Assembly (NCBI GenBank): GCA_039804105.1
Contig: JBDRZU010000001.1
Location: 1,056,001-1,120,000 of the forward strand
Reading direction: 5' to 3'
From: a candidate division WOR-3 bacterium
GTDB lineage: Bacteria > Hydrothermota > 32-111
Length of the DNA stretch: 64,000 nucleotides
In this document: piece by piece, positions 18,352-28,672 of the stretch
Layout: the number at the start of each line of letters is the position of its first letter
How positions within the stretch are numbered: position 1 is the stretch's first letter
The notes under the pieces: model-generated
The model's input: the letters and a program-made list of their open reading frames with translations, nothing else
Told to the model about the DNA's origin: nothing
Databases searched by the model: none
Position numbers and translations under genes: made by a program

Positions 18352-19861
18352 TCCACCTGTTCTTCTCATAGCGATACCTGTTTTATCCTCTTTTCTCTCA
18401 CTTATTTTTGGAATTTACAACAAACTACTATCAAAAATAATCCTTGTCATAACAGTACTTTTCAATCTGATTTTTGGAGTTTTTCTTCACAATCTCGTTT
18501 TAAAAAATGGTAACATTCTTACAGTTATTGGCAACTATTTTCCTCCTTTTGGAATAAACCTTTTGATCACATATTTTTCAATTTCACTACTTCTTTTACT
18601 CTATTTAATATTTTTTGTGTCATCATTAATTTTCGTAGTAAAAAAAGATGAAAGAGCAGATAAAATATCTTCTCTTCTTTTGTTATATCTTGCATCTTTT
18701 TCAGGTATTTTACTGACTGGCGATCTTTTCAACATGTTCGTTTTTATTGAAATTTTCTCGATAGCAAACATAACACTAATTTCGTTAAAAGGGAACCAAT
18801 TATCAACAAAAGGATCTTTAAAGTATCTAATAATAACCTCAATAGGTGCTTCACTTTTTCTTTTTGGCACAGGATTTTTATATGGAATTTTGGGAACCTT
18901 AAACCTTGCTGAAATATCGTTAAATTTTGATAAGATATCTTACTTTTCAAAAATTTTCATCTTTTTGTTCTTTCTTGGCTCAATCATGGCTGAACTTGAA
19001 GTTTTTCCTTTCAACTTCTGGATCTCTGATTCCTATTCTGGTTCAAGAAATTTTGTCAATATACTTTTAAGTGGTTTAAGTTCGATAGTCGCGCTCTATA
19101 TATTTGTAAGATTGTTTATAACGATTTTTGGTTTACCAACATTTACGACGATCTCTTATTCTTTACCTTTCAATGTAAAATTCCTTTTACCAACAATCTT
19201 TGGTTTATCTGTTATAGTCAACGAACTTGCTGCTTTATCATCCAAAAATGTCAAAAGGGTTCTTGGATTTTCATCAGCATCATCATTATCTTTGATTCTT
19301 CTGTCAATATCAACCGGTCAGAAAGATGGAATCATCTCTGCAATTTTGATAGGGATTTCGGTTATACTATCTAAACCACTTTTGTTTCTCTCATCCCATC
19401 AGATAATGAAAGGAATAAAAGATAAAAATATCGATTCGTTTACAGGTGGTTTTCGTAAGCATCCTTTGTATTCAATACTTTTTATAATCGGAGTTTTCAC
19501 TCTTATTGGATTTCCACTAACTCCTTCATTCTATGGAAAATTTTTGTTATTTATCCTTGCAACCGAAAAAGTATCCTACATCACTTTAATCACAATAGTT
19601 ATAATTTTCTCTATAACAATAGAACTTTTTTATTACTTTAGGCTGATCCATAAACTTTTTATTCCTTCAGAAGAGAAATTTCATTTTGAGAAAACAAAGA
19701 AAAATTTTGCGTATATTTTTTCCGGATTATTGCTCACTTTAATAATAATCTTGATTTCAATAAAACCATATTTTACACAGAACATAGTTGAAAAGGCAAC
19801 AGATGATATTTTCTATAAATCAGGTTATATAAAAAGTTGTTTAAAATCAGGAGAAAAATGA
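18341..19861 (+). CDS. Mbx subunit H (MnhD-like antiporter subunit)
   Basis: TGDLFNMFVFIEI, GTLNLAEI; highly hydrophobic. Confidence 0.9.
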   Translation: MNYNPPVLLIAIPVLSSFLSLIFGIYNKLLSKIILVITVLFNLIFGVFLHNLVLKNGNILTVIGNYFPPFGINLLITYFSISLLLLLYLIFFVSSLIFVVKKDERADKISSLLLLYLASFSGILLTGDLFNMFVFIEIFSIANITLISLKGNQLSTKGSLKYLIITSIGASLFLFGTGFLYGILGTLNLAEISLNFDKISYFSKIFIFLFFLGSIMAELEVFPFNFWISDSYSGSRNFVNILLSGLSSIVALYIFVRLFITIFGLPTFTTISYSLPFNVKFLLPTIFGLSVIVNELAALSSKNVKRVLGFSSASSLSLILLSISTGQKDGIISAILIGISVILSKPLLFLSSHQIMKGIKDKNIDSFTGGFRKHPLYSILFIIGVFTLIGFPLTPSFYGKFLLFILATEKVSYITLITIVIIFSITIELFYYFRLIHKLFIPSEEKFHFEKTKKNFAYIFSGLLLTLIIILISIKPYFTQNIVEKATDDIFYKSGYIKSCLKSGEK

Positions 19862-21750
19862 TGATAGGAAAAATTTTATTATCAGGTGTCTTGATCTCCT
19901 TTCTTTCTCTCTTCGTAAGAAAAAAGTTTAACTATTTCAGATGGATTCTTTTCTCAATTTATACTCTTTTAACTTTATTTTTTGTATACATCTTGAAAAA
20001 TGATTTTTACTTTTCTGAAAACTATAAGATTCTTTCTTTATACGGTTTAAACTTTTCTTTGAACTTTAAAATAACACCTCTTGGCTGGTTATTTTCATTT
20101 TTTACAACACTTTTAACTTTTTTGATCTCAATTTTTTCAATACAAAAAAATCAAGAAGAAGAAAGTGAAAAGATCATATCATTCTTCTGGTTTTACCTTA
20201 TCGTTTCAAATATTGGAATATTTTTTGCCAGTGATTTTTTTACACTTTTTATATTCTGGGAACTTATGACTTTTTCATCTTATTTTGTGATCTCCCCGGG
20301 CTGGATGAAATCGTTCAGAGCTGTTAATTACTACTTTGTTCTATCAACCATTGGTGCATTTTTTATGCTTCTTGGAATCGGATTTCTCTATGCTGGAACA
20401 AAAGATTTTTCAATCGATACAGGGTATTTATATCTTTTTACACTCTTTTCAAAAAGTCCTTTACTTGCTGTTCTTATAACAACAACTTTCATCTTAGGTT
20501 TTTTCACAAAATCTGCTCTAATACCTTTCCATATCTGGCCTGCTCAAGCACACGCGGAAGCACCTGATGATTTTTCAGCCTTTCTGTCAGGGATAATGAT
20601 AAAATATGGACTTTTTGGAAATCTTTTATTTCTTGTGCCTTTGTTTTTACTCATAAAAGAATACCCCGCAACGCAGATCATAACCAACAAGATTCCACTT
20701 TTTTCACATATTCTTGCTTGGGTTGGAGCGATAACTTCAGTTGTTGCAACATTTCTTGCAATAGAATCTAACGATATGAAAAAACTCGCTGCATATTCAA
20801 CAGTTGCAAATATCGGCTATGCAACAACTGCAATCTTTACATTATCATCTTACGGGATCGCAGGTGGAATTTTCCAGATAATTACACATGCTATTTTTAA
20901 AACCGCAATCTTTTTATCACTTGCAGCAGTTAAATATCGAACACATGAAAGAGAGATGCATAAACTTGGTGGACTCGCTTACAAAATGCCTGTTACATTT
21001 TTAACATTTCTCTTGGGGATAATCGCTGCAGCAGGTATTCCACCACTCAACGGATACGCTTCAAAATGGATGATATATCAGTCCTTGCTTGCTTATAGAT
21101 TCCCATTCTTAACAGTTATGATCTTTTTATCATCAACTGGCGCATTTATGTATCTATTCAGAGCATTGCACTCAATTTTCCTTGGTCAATTACCTGAAAA
21201 GTTTGATCATATTAAAGAGGTTCCTATTTTGATGCAGATTCCAATGTATATTCTTATGGGTTTGATGCTTTTAACCGGAGTTTATCCAGGTATAGTATTA
21301 AAGCCCATAAACATTGTGCTTCAATGTTACAATCTACAACCTTTAAAGTTGACTTACACAACAATGTTTTCTACATTATCATCTGTTGATTCTCTAAAAG
21401 TTTTTCTCACCTTCGTTGGATCTTTCGCATTCGCTTTCATCCTCTATCTTTTAGGGAAACCAAGAAAACATGTCGAGCCACTTGATAATTATACAGCAGG
21501 ACAGGATCCAAAAGAGTTTGGTCTGACAAGAGAACTTTACCATTTTGCATTGAAATTCTATGAACCTTTTGAACATATATTTGACAGATATAGAACCGAT
21601 ACAAAAGAGTTTTATGATTCTTTTGAAAGGAAGGTAAACGAGATCGGTAAATTCTTGAAAGAAACTTTGTCCGGAAACATTAGAAACTCTGCATACATTT
21701 TTGTTTTTGGTTTAGTCATAATAATTCTTTATGGGTGGTTAGTATGGTAA
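19858..21750 (+). CDS. Mbx subunit H' (MnhD/NuoL-like antiporter subunit)
   Basis: FIFWELMTFSSY, KSALIPFHIWPAQAHAEAP, KKLAAYST, GIPPLNGYASKW. Confidence 0.9.
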   Translation: MMIGKILLSGVLISFLSLFVRKKFNYFRWILFSIYTLLTLFFVYILKNDFYFSENYKILSLYGLNFSLNFKITPLGWLFSFFTTLLTFLISIFSIQKNQEEESEKIISFFWFYLIVSNIGIFFASDFFTLFIFWELMTFSSYFVISPGWMKSFRAVNYYFVLSTIGAFFMLLGIGFLYAGTKDFSIDTGYLYLFTLFSKSPLLAVLITTTFILGFFTKSALIPFHIWPAQAHAEAPDDFSAFLSGIMIKYGLFGNLLFLVPLFLLIKEYPATQIITNKIPLFSHILAWVGAITSVVATFLAIESNDMKKLAAYSTVANIGYATTAIFTLSSYGIAGGIFQIITHAIFKTAIFLSLAAVKYRTHEREMHKLGGLAYKMPVTFLTFLLGIIAAAGIPPLNGYASKWMIYQSLLAYRFPFLTVMIFLSSTGAFMYLFRALHSIFLGQLPEKFDHIKEVPILMQIPMYILMGLMLLTGVYPGIVLKPINIVLQCYNLQPLKLTYTTMFSTLSSVDSLKVFLTFVGSFAFAFILYLLGKPRKHVEPLDNYTAGQDPKEFGLTRELYHFALKFYEPFEHIFDRYRTDTKEFYDSFERKVNEIGKFLKETLSGNIRNSAYIFVFGLVIIILYGWLVW

Positions 21751-22634
21751 ACAACTATATTATAAGATTTTTGTTCGCTGCTTTTTTATCGATTATACTT
21801 GGACTTCTTTATATGGGAATCGGAAGAAAATATATTGCAAGAATCAGAAGATGTTATGCAGGTCCATTCTACCAATCTTATATTGATGTGATAAAACTTT
21901 TTTCAAAAAAATCGATATCTCACAACTGGATAATGGATTTTGGAGTGATGATGGGTTTTGCAGGTATTATAGCAACTGTAATCTTTCTTCCAATCGGTCC
22001 ATTCACCGTTTTCCCTGATATGAAGGGAAACCTTATCGTTATAATGTATTTTATGACTATTGGATATCTTGGAATGGCTATGGGTGTTGCAGCATCTGGT
22101 AATCCAAATGCAACTATCGGTATCGCAAGAGCTCTTGCTTTGATGGTTGGATATGAGATTCCCTTCGCTCTTGCTGTTATTCTACTTGTTTTTGTAAACA
22201 AATCTTCACTTCTTGCAGACATTATAACCACACAACAGGGTTCAATCTTACATTGGAACGCTTTCAGATATCCATTCGCTTTTGTTGGCTCTTTGATCGC
22301 TTTACAGGGAATGCTTGGGGAGCAACCTTTTGATGCTATGATCGCTCCAGCAGAGATCGCTTCAGGACCAATGGTTGAACTTTCAGGGAAATTTTTGGGT
22401 TTTGGTTTTCTTCAACATGGTGCTCAAATATTTTTAGAGACCGGAATAATCGCTGCAATGTTTTTAGGTGGTGGGACATTTTTAGGATTCTTTTCAAAGC
22501 AGTTGTTTTTATATTTGATAACACTTTCGATCGCTGCTGTTTTTCCAAGATACAGATTTGAGGATGCTGTAAAATTCTTCTGGATCATTCCAACATCTCT
22601 CGTTCTAATGCAACTTTTAATCTTTTTAATTTAG
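21744..22634 (+). CDS. Mbx subunit M (NuoH-like)
   Basis: RKYIARI..GPFYQSYIDVIKL, PFDAMIAPAEIASGPMVELSG, PRYRFEDAV. Confidence 0.9.
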   Translation: MVNNYIIRFLFAAFLSIILGLLYMGIGRKYIARIRRCYAGPFYQSYIDVIKLFSKKSISHNWIMDFGVMMGFAGIIATVIFLPIGPFTVFPDMKGNLIVIMYFMTIGYLGMAMGVAASGNPNATIGIARALALMVGYEIPFALAVILLVFVNKSSLLADIITTQQGSILHWNAFRYPFAFVGSLIALQGMLGEQPFDAMIAPAEIASGPMVELSGKFLGFGFLQHGAQIFLETGIIAAMFLGGGTFLGFFSKQLFLYLITLSIAAVFPRYRFEDAVKFFWIIPTSLVLMQLLIFLI

Positions 22635-22643
22635 AGGTGTATT

Positions 22644-23201
22644 ATGTTGTTAACTTCAACAAAAGATTTAAAGGATAAAGGGTTCGAAGAGATTTTGAAC
22701 TTCTTTAGAAAAAAATCTTTATGGATGCTTCATTACTGTACAGGGTGTGGTGCTGTTGAACTTCCTCCAACTATGACCTCAAGATGGGATATGGAAAGAT
22801 TTGGTATGGGACCTATGGCAACTCCCCGTCAGGCAGATCTTTTACTGATTACAGGCTATCTTTCAGTCAAATCTTTGAAAAGAGTAATTTACACCTATGA
22901 ACAGATGCAAGAACCAAAATGGGTTATTGCATTTGGTTCATGTCCTATAAATGGTGGTATATACTACGACTCCTACTCTGTTATAAACCGTCTTGCTTTA
23001 TATTTGCCTGTTGATTTATCTATAGAAGGTTGTATGCCAAGACCTGAAGCGATCATTGATGGTTTCACGAAACTTATGAAACAGATCGAAAAAGGTGAAG
23101 CTATAGGATATAAAAAATATAAAGAGAATTACGAGTGGTACAAGAAAAATCAAAGAGAAGTTCTTGAAAGAACAACTCCGGTTTTAGAACAGGAGGAATA
23201 G
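22644..23201 (+). CDS. Mbx subunit J (NuoB-like)
   Basis: CTGCGAVE, TPRQAD, FGSCPINGG, GCMPRPE. Confidence 0.93.
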   Translation: MLLTSTKDLKDKGFEEILNFFRKKSLWMLHYCTGCGAVELPPTMTSRWDMERFGMGPMATPRQADLLLITGYLSVKSLKRVIYTYEQMQEPKWVIAFGSCPINGGIYYDSYSVINRLALYLPVDLSIEGCMPRPEAIIDGFTKLMKQIEKGEAIGYKKYKENYEWYKKNQREVLERTTPVLEQEE

Positions 23202-23692
23202 TGGAACAAAAAGAGTTGATCAGATATATTGAAGAAAATTTTAAATACAACAAAAAAATTCAAAAAATCGATGAAAAACAATTTTCGATAACTGTTGAGA
23301 AAGATAAAATTCTAAATATTCTTTCATTCTTAAAACTTATCGATTTTAAACAACTCGCTTTAATAACCGCTGTTGACTGGATCAAAGAAAACAAATTTGA
23401 AGTTGTTTACATTCTCTTTTCTTATTCCCATGTTCAACAGATTCTTGTAAAAACATTTATCGATCGAGATAAACCAGAAATTGAAACTATAAAAACTCTA
23501 TGGGAAGTTGCTTCGATGTATGAAAGGGATGTTCATGAATTTTTTGGTATCGACTTTATTGGAAACGATGATAAAAGACCTTTGATTTTGCATAACTGGA
23601 AAGATAAACCACCACTCAGAAAAGATTTTGATTCTTTGAAATATTCAAACAAAATTTTTGGAAAATTCAAAAAGGACGAGGAAAATGACTGA
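23201..23692 (+). CDS. Mbx subunit K (NuoC-like)
   Basis: ITAVDW, YERDVHEFFGIDFIG, PPLRKDF. Confidence 0.92.
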   Translation: MEQKELIRYIEENFKYNKKIQKIDEKQFSITVEKDKILNILSFLKLIDFKQLALITAVDWIKENKFEVVYILFSYSHVQQILVKTFIDRDKPEIETIKTLWEVASMYERDVHEFFGIDFIGNDDKRPLILHNWKDKPPLRKDFDSLKYSNKIFGKFKKDEEND

Positions 23693-24821
23693 AATATTAA
23701 CATATCTTGGAAAAGATCAACAATACGAAAAGTATGAACTCTTCTTTGGTCCAAACCATCCTGGAATGCATGGAAATTTTTCCTACATATTAACTGTTGA
23801 AGGACACACGATAAAAAAGGTTGATCCTGATCCAGGTTTATTACATAGAGGTTTTGAAAAACTTGCAGAAAGAAGAAAATGGATGCAAAATATAGCGTTG
23901 ATACCAAGGATTTGTGTCCCTGAGCCAGATATAAATGAGGTTATATATTCAATAGCAGTTGAAAAACTTATGGGAGTTGAAATCCCATTAAGAGCACAGT
24001 ATATAAGAACGATAATCCTTGAAATGGCTCGTATAGGATCTTTCCTTTTCGGTTTTGGAGGAATCGGTGGAGCGACTGGCCTTTACACAGCATCATACTG
24101 GTCATTTTCTGATCGAGATTATCTACTCGATCTTTTTGAATGGCTCACAGGTGCAAGAGTTTATCATATGTTTATAATACCAGGTGGAGTTAGAAGAGAT
24201 TTACCTTCAGGATGGATAGATAAACTTTCAGAAACTGTTGATTATTTACAAAAGAGATTGTATGAATATGATAGGTTGATTTATAACAATCCTCTAATAG
24301 TAAAAAGATTGACAGGTATTGGAAAGTTAACAAAAGAGGAAGCAATAGAGTATGGTATCACTGGACCAAATTTAAGAGCAACAGGTGTAAAATATGATAC
24401 AAGGAAGATGGTGCCTTATGCTGCTTATGACAGAATTGATTTTGAGATACCAATACAAAAAGAAGGTGATGGACTTGCACGAGCGATACAGAAAAGAGAA
24501 GAATTTCAATTAAGTTTAGATATTATCAAAAAAGCGATAAAAGATTTACCTGATGGACCTGTTAGAGCAAAGATGCCAAATCCACTCAAATTTAAAGTTC
24601 CAAAAGGTGAAGTTTATGTTAAGATCGAATCTTCAAGAGGAGAACATGCTTACTATATTGTATCTGATGGATCTGATAAACCATACAGAATGGCTGTGAG
24701 AGGTGGATCATACACAGCAGGTCTTGTGTTAGCACAAAAAATCCTTGTTGGAATGAGAATTGAGGATGTTGCTTTATGGATGGCAACTATGGATATTTGT
24801 CCACCAGATTTTGATAGATAA
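23685..24821 (+). CDS. Mbx subunit L (NuoD-like, MBS catalytic-type)
   Basis: GPNHPGMHG, GLLHRGFEKL, RICVPEPD and DICPPDFDR: only one Cys per NiFe motif. Confidence 0.92.
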   Translation: MTEILTYLGKDQQYEKYELFFGPNHPGMHGNFSYILTVEGHTIKKVDPDPGLLHRGFEKLAERRKWMQNIALIPRICVPEPDINEVIYSIAVEKLMGVEIPLRAQYIRTIILEMARIGSFLFGFGGIGGATGLYTASYWSFSDRDYLLDLFEWLTGARVYHMFIIPGGVRRDLPSGWIDKLSETVDYLQKRLYEYDRLIYNNPLIVKRLTGIGKLTKEEAIEYGITGPNLRATGVKYDTRKMVPYAAYDRIDFEIPIQKEGDGLARAIQKREEFQLSLDIIKKAIKDLPDGPVRAKMPNPLKFKVPKGEVYVKIESSRGEHAYYIVSDGSDKPYRMAVRGGSYTAGLVLAQKILVGMRIEDVALWMATMDICPPDFDR

Positions 24822-24830
24822 GGAGAAAAA

Positions 24831-26687
24831 ATGGATTACAAAAAGAAATCTATACTTGGTCCTTTAAGTTCTTTAAAATATCTTTTCAAAGATCCAATAA
24901 CTGTAAGGTATCCAAAAGAGAACAAAAAAACATATCCTGATGTTGAAGGTGTTTCACCACAATATCGAGGAAGACACATAAACGATCTTGAAAAATGTAT
25001 CGGATGTGGAACATGTATGGACATCTGTCCAACTGGCGCTATCGAGATGGTCGAGTTTGATGATGTAAAAGAAAAGTTTGGTGCAACAAAAAAAAGACCG
25101 GTTATCGATTATGGCAGATGTTGTTTTTGTGCTTTCTGTGTTGATGTTTGCACATCCTCATCTTTATCAATGTCACGTGAATTCATTAACAATTTTACAA
25201 CACCGATTGACTCTTTTATGGATAAACAGGGTGAAGATATTTCAAAAAATTTTATATTACGACCTGACACGAGATTTTCAAACAATCCTGGTTGGACAAC
25301 AAACAATGAATACTCCTGGCTTGAACTTGAACGAGTCGTAATGGGCATTTTTGATGCAAACACAAGAGTTGAATCATTTCTTGAAATGGTCAAAGGTTAC
25401 ACAAAAGAAGAGGCAATAAAAGAAGCAAGAAGATGTGTTGCTTGTGGTTTGTGTAAAGATGCATGTCCGATCCATATGGATATACCCGAATACATCCAGG
25501 CGATTTTTAATGATGATGTAAAAGAATCTGTGAAACAGATTTATAAAACTAATCCTCTTCCTGAGGTTTGTGGTCGTGTATGTACTCATAAATGCGAAAC
25601 AGCATGCTCAATAGGTCACAGAGGAGAACCTGTTGCTATAAGGTGGCTTAAAAGATATGCTGTTGATTCTTTACCACTTGAAGATTATACAAAAATTCTA
25701 CAAACAAAACCGATAAAACAGATAAATAAAAAGATCGCTATAATCGGTGGTGGTCCTGCTGGATTATCATCTGCATATTTCCTGTCTCTTATGGGATACA
25801 AAATCACAGTGTTTGAAGAGAATGAAAAAGTTGGTGGAATAATGAGGTATGGAATCCCTGCATACAGGTTACCTGATTATGCTCTTGACAAAGATGTTGA
25901 CTTCATAAAATCAATTGGTGTTGAGTTTAAAACAGGTTATAAGATGGATAAAGAAAAATTTCAAAAAATATACAACGATTTTGATGCAGTAATACTTGCA
26001 ACAGGTTTCAACCTTGGTAGATCAACAAAAGTTCCTGGAACAGAAAAAGAAGGTGTTATTCAAGCACTTGATTTTTTACAGGAAGTAAGGGAATTTCTAA
26101 CAGGAAAAAGAAAAGATGTAAAAATCACCGATAATGTTTTGGTTATAGGTGGTGGCAATGTTGCTTTCGATTGTTCAAGAAGTGTCGCAAGATTACAAAA
26201 GATGAAATATGGAAAGGTAAAAGTCACACAGGTGTGTCTTGAAACACTTGACATTATTCCTGCTGATAAAGAAGAAGTAGAAGAGAGTGCAGAAGAGGGA
26301 GTAGTTTTAATCTGTGGCAGAGGTCCAAAACAAATAGTTATCGGAGAGGATGGACATGTAAAAGGTCTTGATTCTATGAAATGTGAATCGGTTTTTGATG
26401 AGAATATGAATTTCAATCCAAAATTCAACGAAGAGGACAGGTTGATCTGTGAAGCAACAATGATAATCGAAGCGATTGGACAGGCACCAGATTATTCATA
26501 CATTCCTGATGAGATAAAAAGTAAAATGAAATTTGAAAGGGGTAAAATAGTTCTTGATAAAGATTTTTCAACTGGTGTTGATAAAATTTTTGCTGCAGGA
26601 GATATTGTAAGAGGACCTGATATTGTCAACGGAATCGCAACAGGTCTTAATGCAGCGATTGGTGTTGATAAAAAATTTACTTCTTAA
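24831..26687 (+). CDS. Mbx subunit N (NuoI-like 2x4Fe-4S) fused to GltD-like FAD/NAD(P) oxidoreductase
   Basis: CIGCGTCMDICP, CCFCAFCVDVC, then EARRCVACGLCKDACP, CGRVCTHKCE, GGGPAGL, GGGNVA, FAAGD. Confidence 0.9.
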   Translation: MDYKKKSILGPLSSLKYLFKDPITVRYPKENKKTYPDVEGVSPQYRGRHINDLEKCIGCGTCMDICPTGAIEMVEFDDVKEKFGATKKRPVIDYGRCCFCAFCVDVCTSSSLSMSREFINNFTTPIDSFMDKQGEDISKNFILRPDTRFSNNPGWTTNNEYSWLELERVVMGIFDANTRVESFLEMVKGYTKEEAIKEARRCVACGLCKDACPIHMDIPEYIQAIFNDDVKESVKQIYKTNPLPEVCGRVCTHKCETACSIGHRGEPVAIRWLKRYAVDSLPLEDYTKILQTKPIKQINKKIAIIGGGPAGLSSAYFLSLMGYKITVFEENEKVGGIMRYGIPAYRLPDYALDKDVDFIKSIGVEFKTGYKMDKEKFQKIYNDFDAVILATGFNLGRSTKVPGTEKEGVIQALDFLQEVREFLTGKRKDVKITDNVLVIGGGNVAFDCSRSVARLQKMKYGKVKVTQVCLETLDIIPADKEEVEESAEEGVVLICGRGPKQIVIGEDGHVKGLDSMKCESVFDENMNFNPKFNEEDRLICEATMIIEAIGQAPDYSYIPDEIKSKMKFERGKIVLDKDFSTGVDKIFAAGDIVRGPDIVNGIATGLNAAIGVDKKFTS

Positions 26688-26733
26688 ATTTTAGCTTAGA
26701 AAATACGAAAAAGTTTATAGTTTATATTTAAAT

Positions 26734-27282
26734 TTAAACAATAATTGCAAACTCTTTGAATTTTTTTCGAATAGGTCTTTTTGTTTCTTGCTCTTTTTGC
26801 CAATCACTCATCAAATCGTTTACTTTCCTATCATGTTTCCCAACTATTATCAAAGCAATAACATTATCATCTTTTTCAAGATTGAAATTATTTTTTATTT
26901 TTTCAACATCATAACCTGCTATCGTATGAGCAACAAGTCCCATCTCTGTTGCTCTTAATACTAAAAAACCAACAGAAATTCCTGTATCGAAAAGATAATA
27001 TTCTCGTTTTTTGATAACACAATCGTAATCTTTTTTTGAATAAATGATTATTACCATCGATGCTTTTGTTGCCCATCTGTTACCCTCTGGTAAAGATTCA
27101 AAAACTTTTTTTAAATTTTTTTTACTCTTAACAAAAATAAATCGCTCTGGTTGTTTATTGAAACATGAAGGAGCAAGAACTGCACATTCGGCCAAATTTT
27201 TAATTAGTTTGTTGTCAATTTTAACCGGCTCAAGGGAACGAAAAGATCTTCTTTTTTTTATAGTTTTATATACACAATCCAT
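26734..27282 (-). CDS. Nitroreductase family protein
   Basis: IKKRRSFR, LAPSCFNKQP, LRATEMGL. Confidence 0.9.
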   Translation of the reverse strand: MDCVYKTIKKRRSFRSLEPVKIDNKLIKNLAECAVLAPSCFNKQPERFIFVKSKKNLKKVFESLPEGNRWATKASMVIIIYSKKDYDCVIKKREYYLFDTGISVGFLVLRATEMGLVAHTIAGYDVEKIKNNFNLEKDDNVIALIIVGKHDRKVNDLMSDWQKEQETKRPIRKKFKEFAIIV

Positions 27283-27391
27283 AGAACCTCCATTTAAAAA
27301 ATTTTATCAAATATCAAAAAAATTTCCATTAAAATTTTTTTGGCTCAAAAAATTTTGGTAAAAATTAGAAGATTAAATGAAGAAATTCTTA

Positions 27392-27754
27392 TTAAAAATC
27401 TTCAAATTTTCTGCAATGTCGTCTTATTCTATGTTGTTTACCAAAATTATCAGTGAATTTATTTTTGAAAACAACATTTCCACCTTCAATTTTCAGAGTT
27501 TTTCCATTTACAATAGAATCTGCAATTTTTTTATGAGCAGAATTTATAATATTTCCAAATGTTTGCCTTGATATTCCCATCAATTTTGCTGCCTCTTCTT
27601 GATACAAACCTTCAAGATCAGCAAGTCGTATCGCTTCAAGTTCATCTTTTTCGATAACAATTTCATCAAGCAAATTTTTTGGAACTCCAGCAGGTTTAAA
27701 ATAAACAACATTTGGTTCAAACCAAATAGTTCTAAATTTTTTTGGCCTTGGCAT
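27392..27754 (-). CDS. DUF134/UPF0251 HTH DNA-binding protein
   Basis: MPRPKKFR..FKPAG..ELEAIRLADLEGLYQEEAAKLMGISRQTF. Confidence 0.92.
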   Translation of the reverse strand: MPRPKKFRTIWFEPNVVYFKPAGVPKNLLDEIVIEKDELEAIRLADLEGLYQEEAAKLMGISRQTFGNIINSAHKKIADSIVNGKTLKIEGGNVVFKNKFTDNFGKQHRIRRHCRKFEDF

Positions 27755-27814
27755 ACAGTTTAAAATCCTCGGTTTTTTATTTATGAAATATTGTTTAAAA
27801 TTACCATTGTTATA

Positions 27815-28207
27815 TTAATGCTTATGGTTATAGTTGTGATGGTGGTTGTGATCATGTTTATGGTTATGATCGTGTTCATGATGACATGTTTTTTCCCCAA
27901 ATTTTAAAGAATCGTTAGCAAAATCTCTTGCAATGTTTTCAACCGTGTCGATTTTAACACCTTCTATAACCTTGATCTTTTTGAACTCAAAAATCTTTTT
28001 TGCATTATCACCAATGCTTCCAACAATCACAACTTCAATATTCTGTTTTGAAAGCCAATTAGGAATAACTCCCGGCTGATGTGGTGGAGGTGTTAGTTGT
28101 TCAATCAATTTTACATTACCATTTTCAATTTCATAGATAAAAAACTGTGGACTGTGACCAAAATGAGAAGAAAGATTGTTGTTTTCACCAGCGATAGCGA
28201 TTCTCAT
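27815..28207 (-). CDS. NifB/NifX-family (MTH1175-like) protein with His-rich tail
   Basis: MRIAIA..SSHFGHSPQF; C-terminal CHHEHDHNHKHDHNHHHNYNHKH. Confidence 0.88.
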   Translation of the reverse strand: MRIAIAGENNNLSSHFGHSPQFFIYEIENGNVKLIEQLTPPPHQPGVIPNWLSKQNIEVVIVGSIGDNAKKIFEFKKIKVIEGVKIDTVENIARDFANDSLKFGEKTCHHEHDHNHKHDHNHHHNYNHKH

Positions 28208-28473
28208 TTTTCCTCCCTTTCAGTATTATTTTCAACCATTTTTTTCAGTTCGTTAAGATATTTTTCCGTGTTTTCGATTTTCTTTTTTAACCCTTCATTT
28301 GAAAGTTCACCTGATTCACCTCTGAATCCAAACCTTCTCTGGTTTCTGTTATAACATTTTCTTCCTCTTTTTCCAGTTATAAATCCTGGCTGTTTATAAC
28401 CAGAACAATAACCAAATCCTCTACCTGTTCTTGGACCAAATCCTTCAAGACCTCTTCCATTTCCTCCAGGCAT
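28204..28473 (-). CDS. DUF5320 Gly/Arg-rich protein
   Basis: MPGGNGRGLEGFGPRTGRGFGYCSG, C-terminal coiled coil. Confidence 0.85.
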   Translation of the reverse strand: MPGGNGRGLEGFGPRTGRGFGYCSGYKQPGFITGKRGRKCYNRNQRRFGFRGESGELSNEGLKKKIENTEKYLNELKKMVENNTEREEK

Positions 28474-28491
28474 GATACCTTCTTTTTGTTT

Positions 28492-28532
28492 TTAGCATAT
28501 GCTAATTATAATTAAATTTTCCATTTCGTCAA
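28492..28532 (-). promoter_or_regulatory. Promoter with overlapping palindromic operator
   Basis: TTGACG-N16-TATAAT immediately followed by perfect palindrome TTAGCATATGCTAA (28492-28505). Confidence 0.7.
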
Positions 28533-28621
28533 GGTGTTTTTTTAAATCATCAATGAAAAATTTTATAGAAAATTAATTGTTATACATGCAGATAATTGTT
28601 GAAATTTTTGCTATTTACAAT

Positions 28622-28650
28622 AAAATGTCAAAATGTCAAGCACCGTCCCC
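28622..28650 (-). repeat. RAYT-associated repeat copy D
   Basis: AAAATGTCAAAATGTCAAGCACCGTCCCC (one mismatch to consensus). Confidence 0.93.
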
Positions 28651-28672
28651 AATTTAGATAAATTTTTTTGTT

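Noticed and set aside
23685..24821. Group 4 [NiFe]-hydrogenase large subunit
   Set aside because: Both CxxC motifs are reduced to a single Cys, so it is Mbx/MBS-type
27295..27370. A/T-run quasi-palindromes between the nitroreductase and DUF134 genes
   Set aside because: Low-complexity AT sequence, expected by chance
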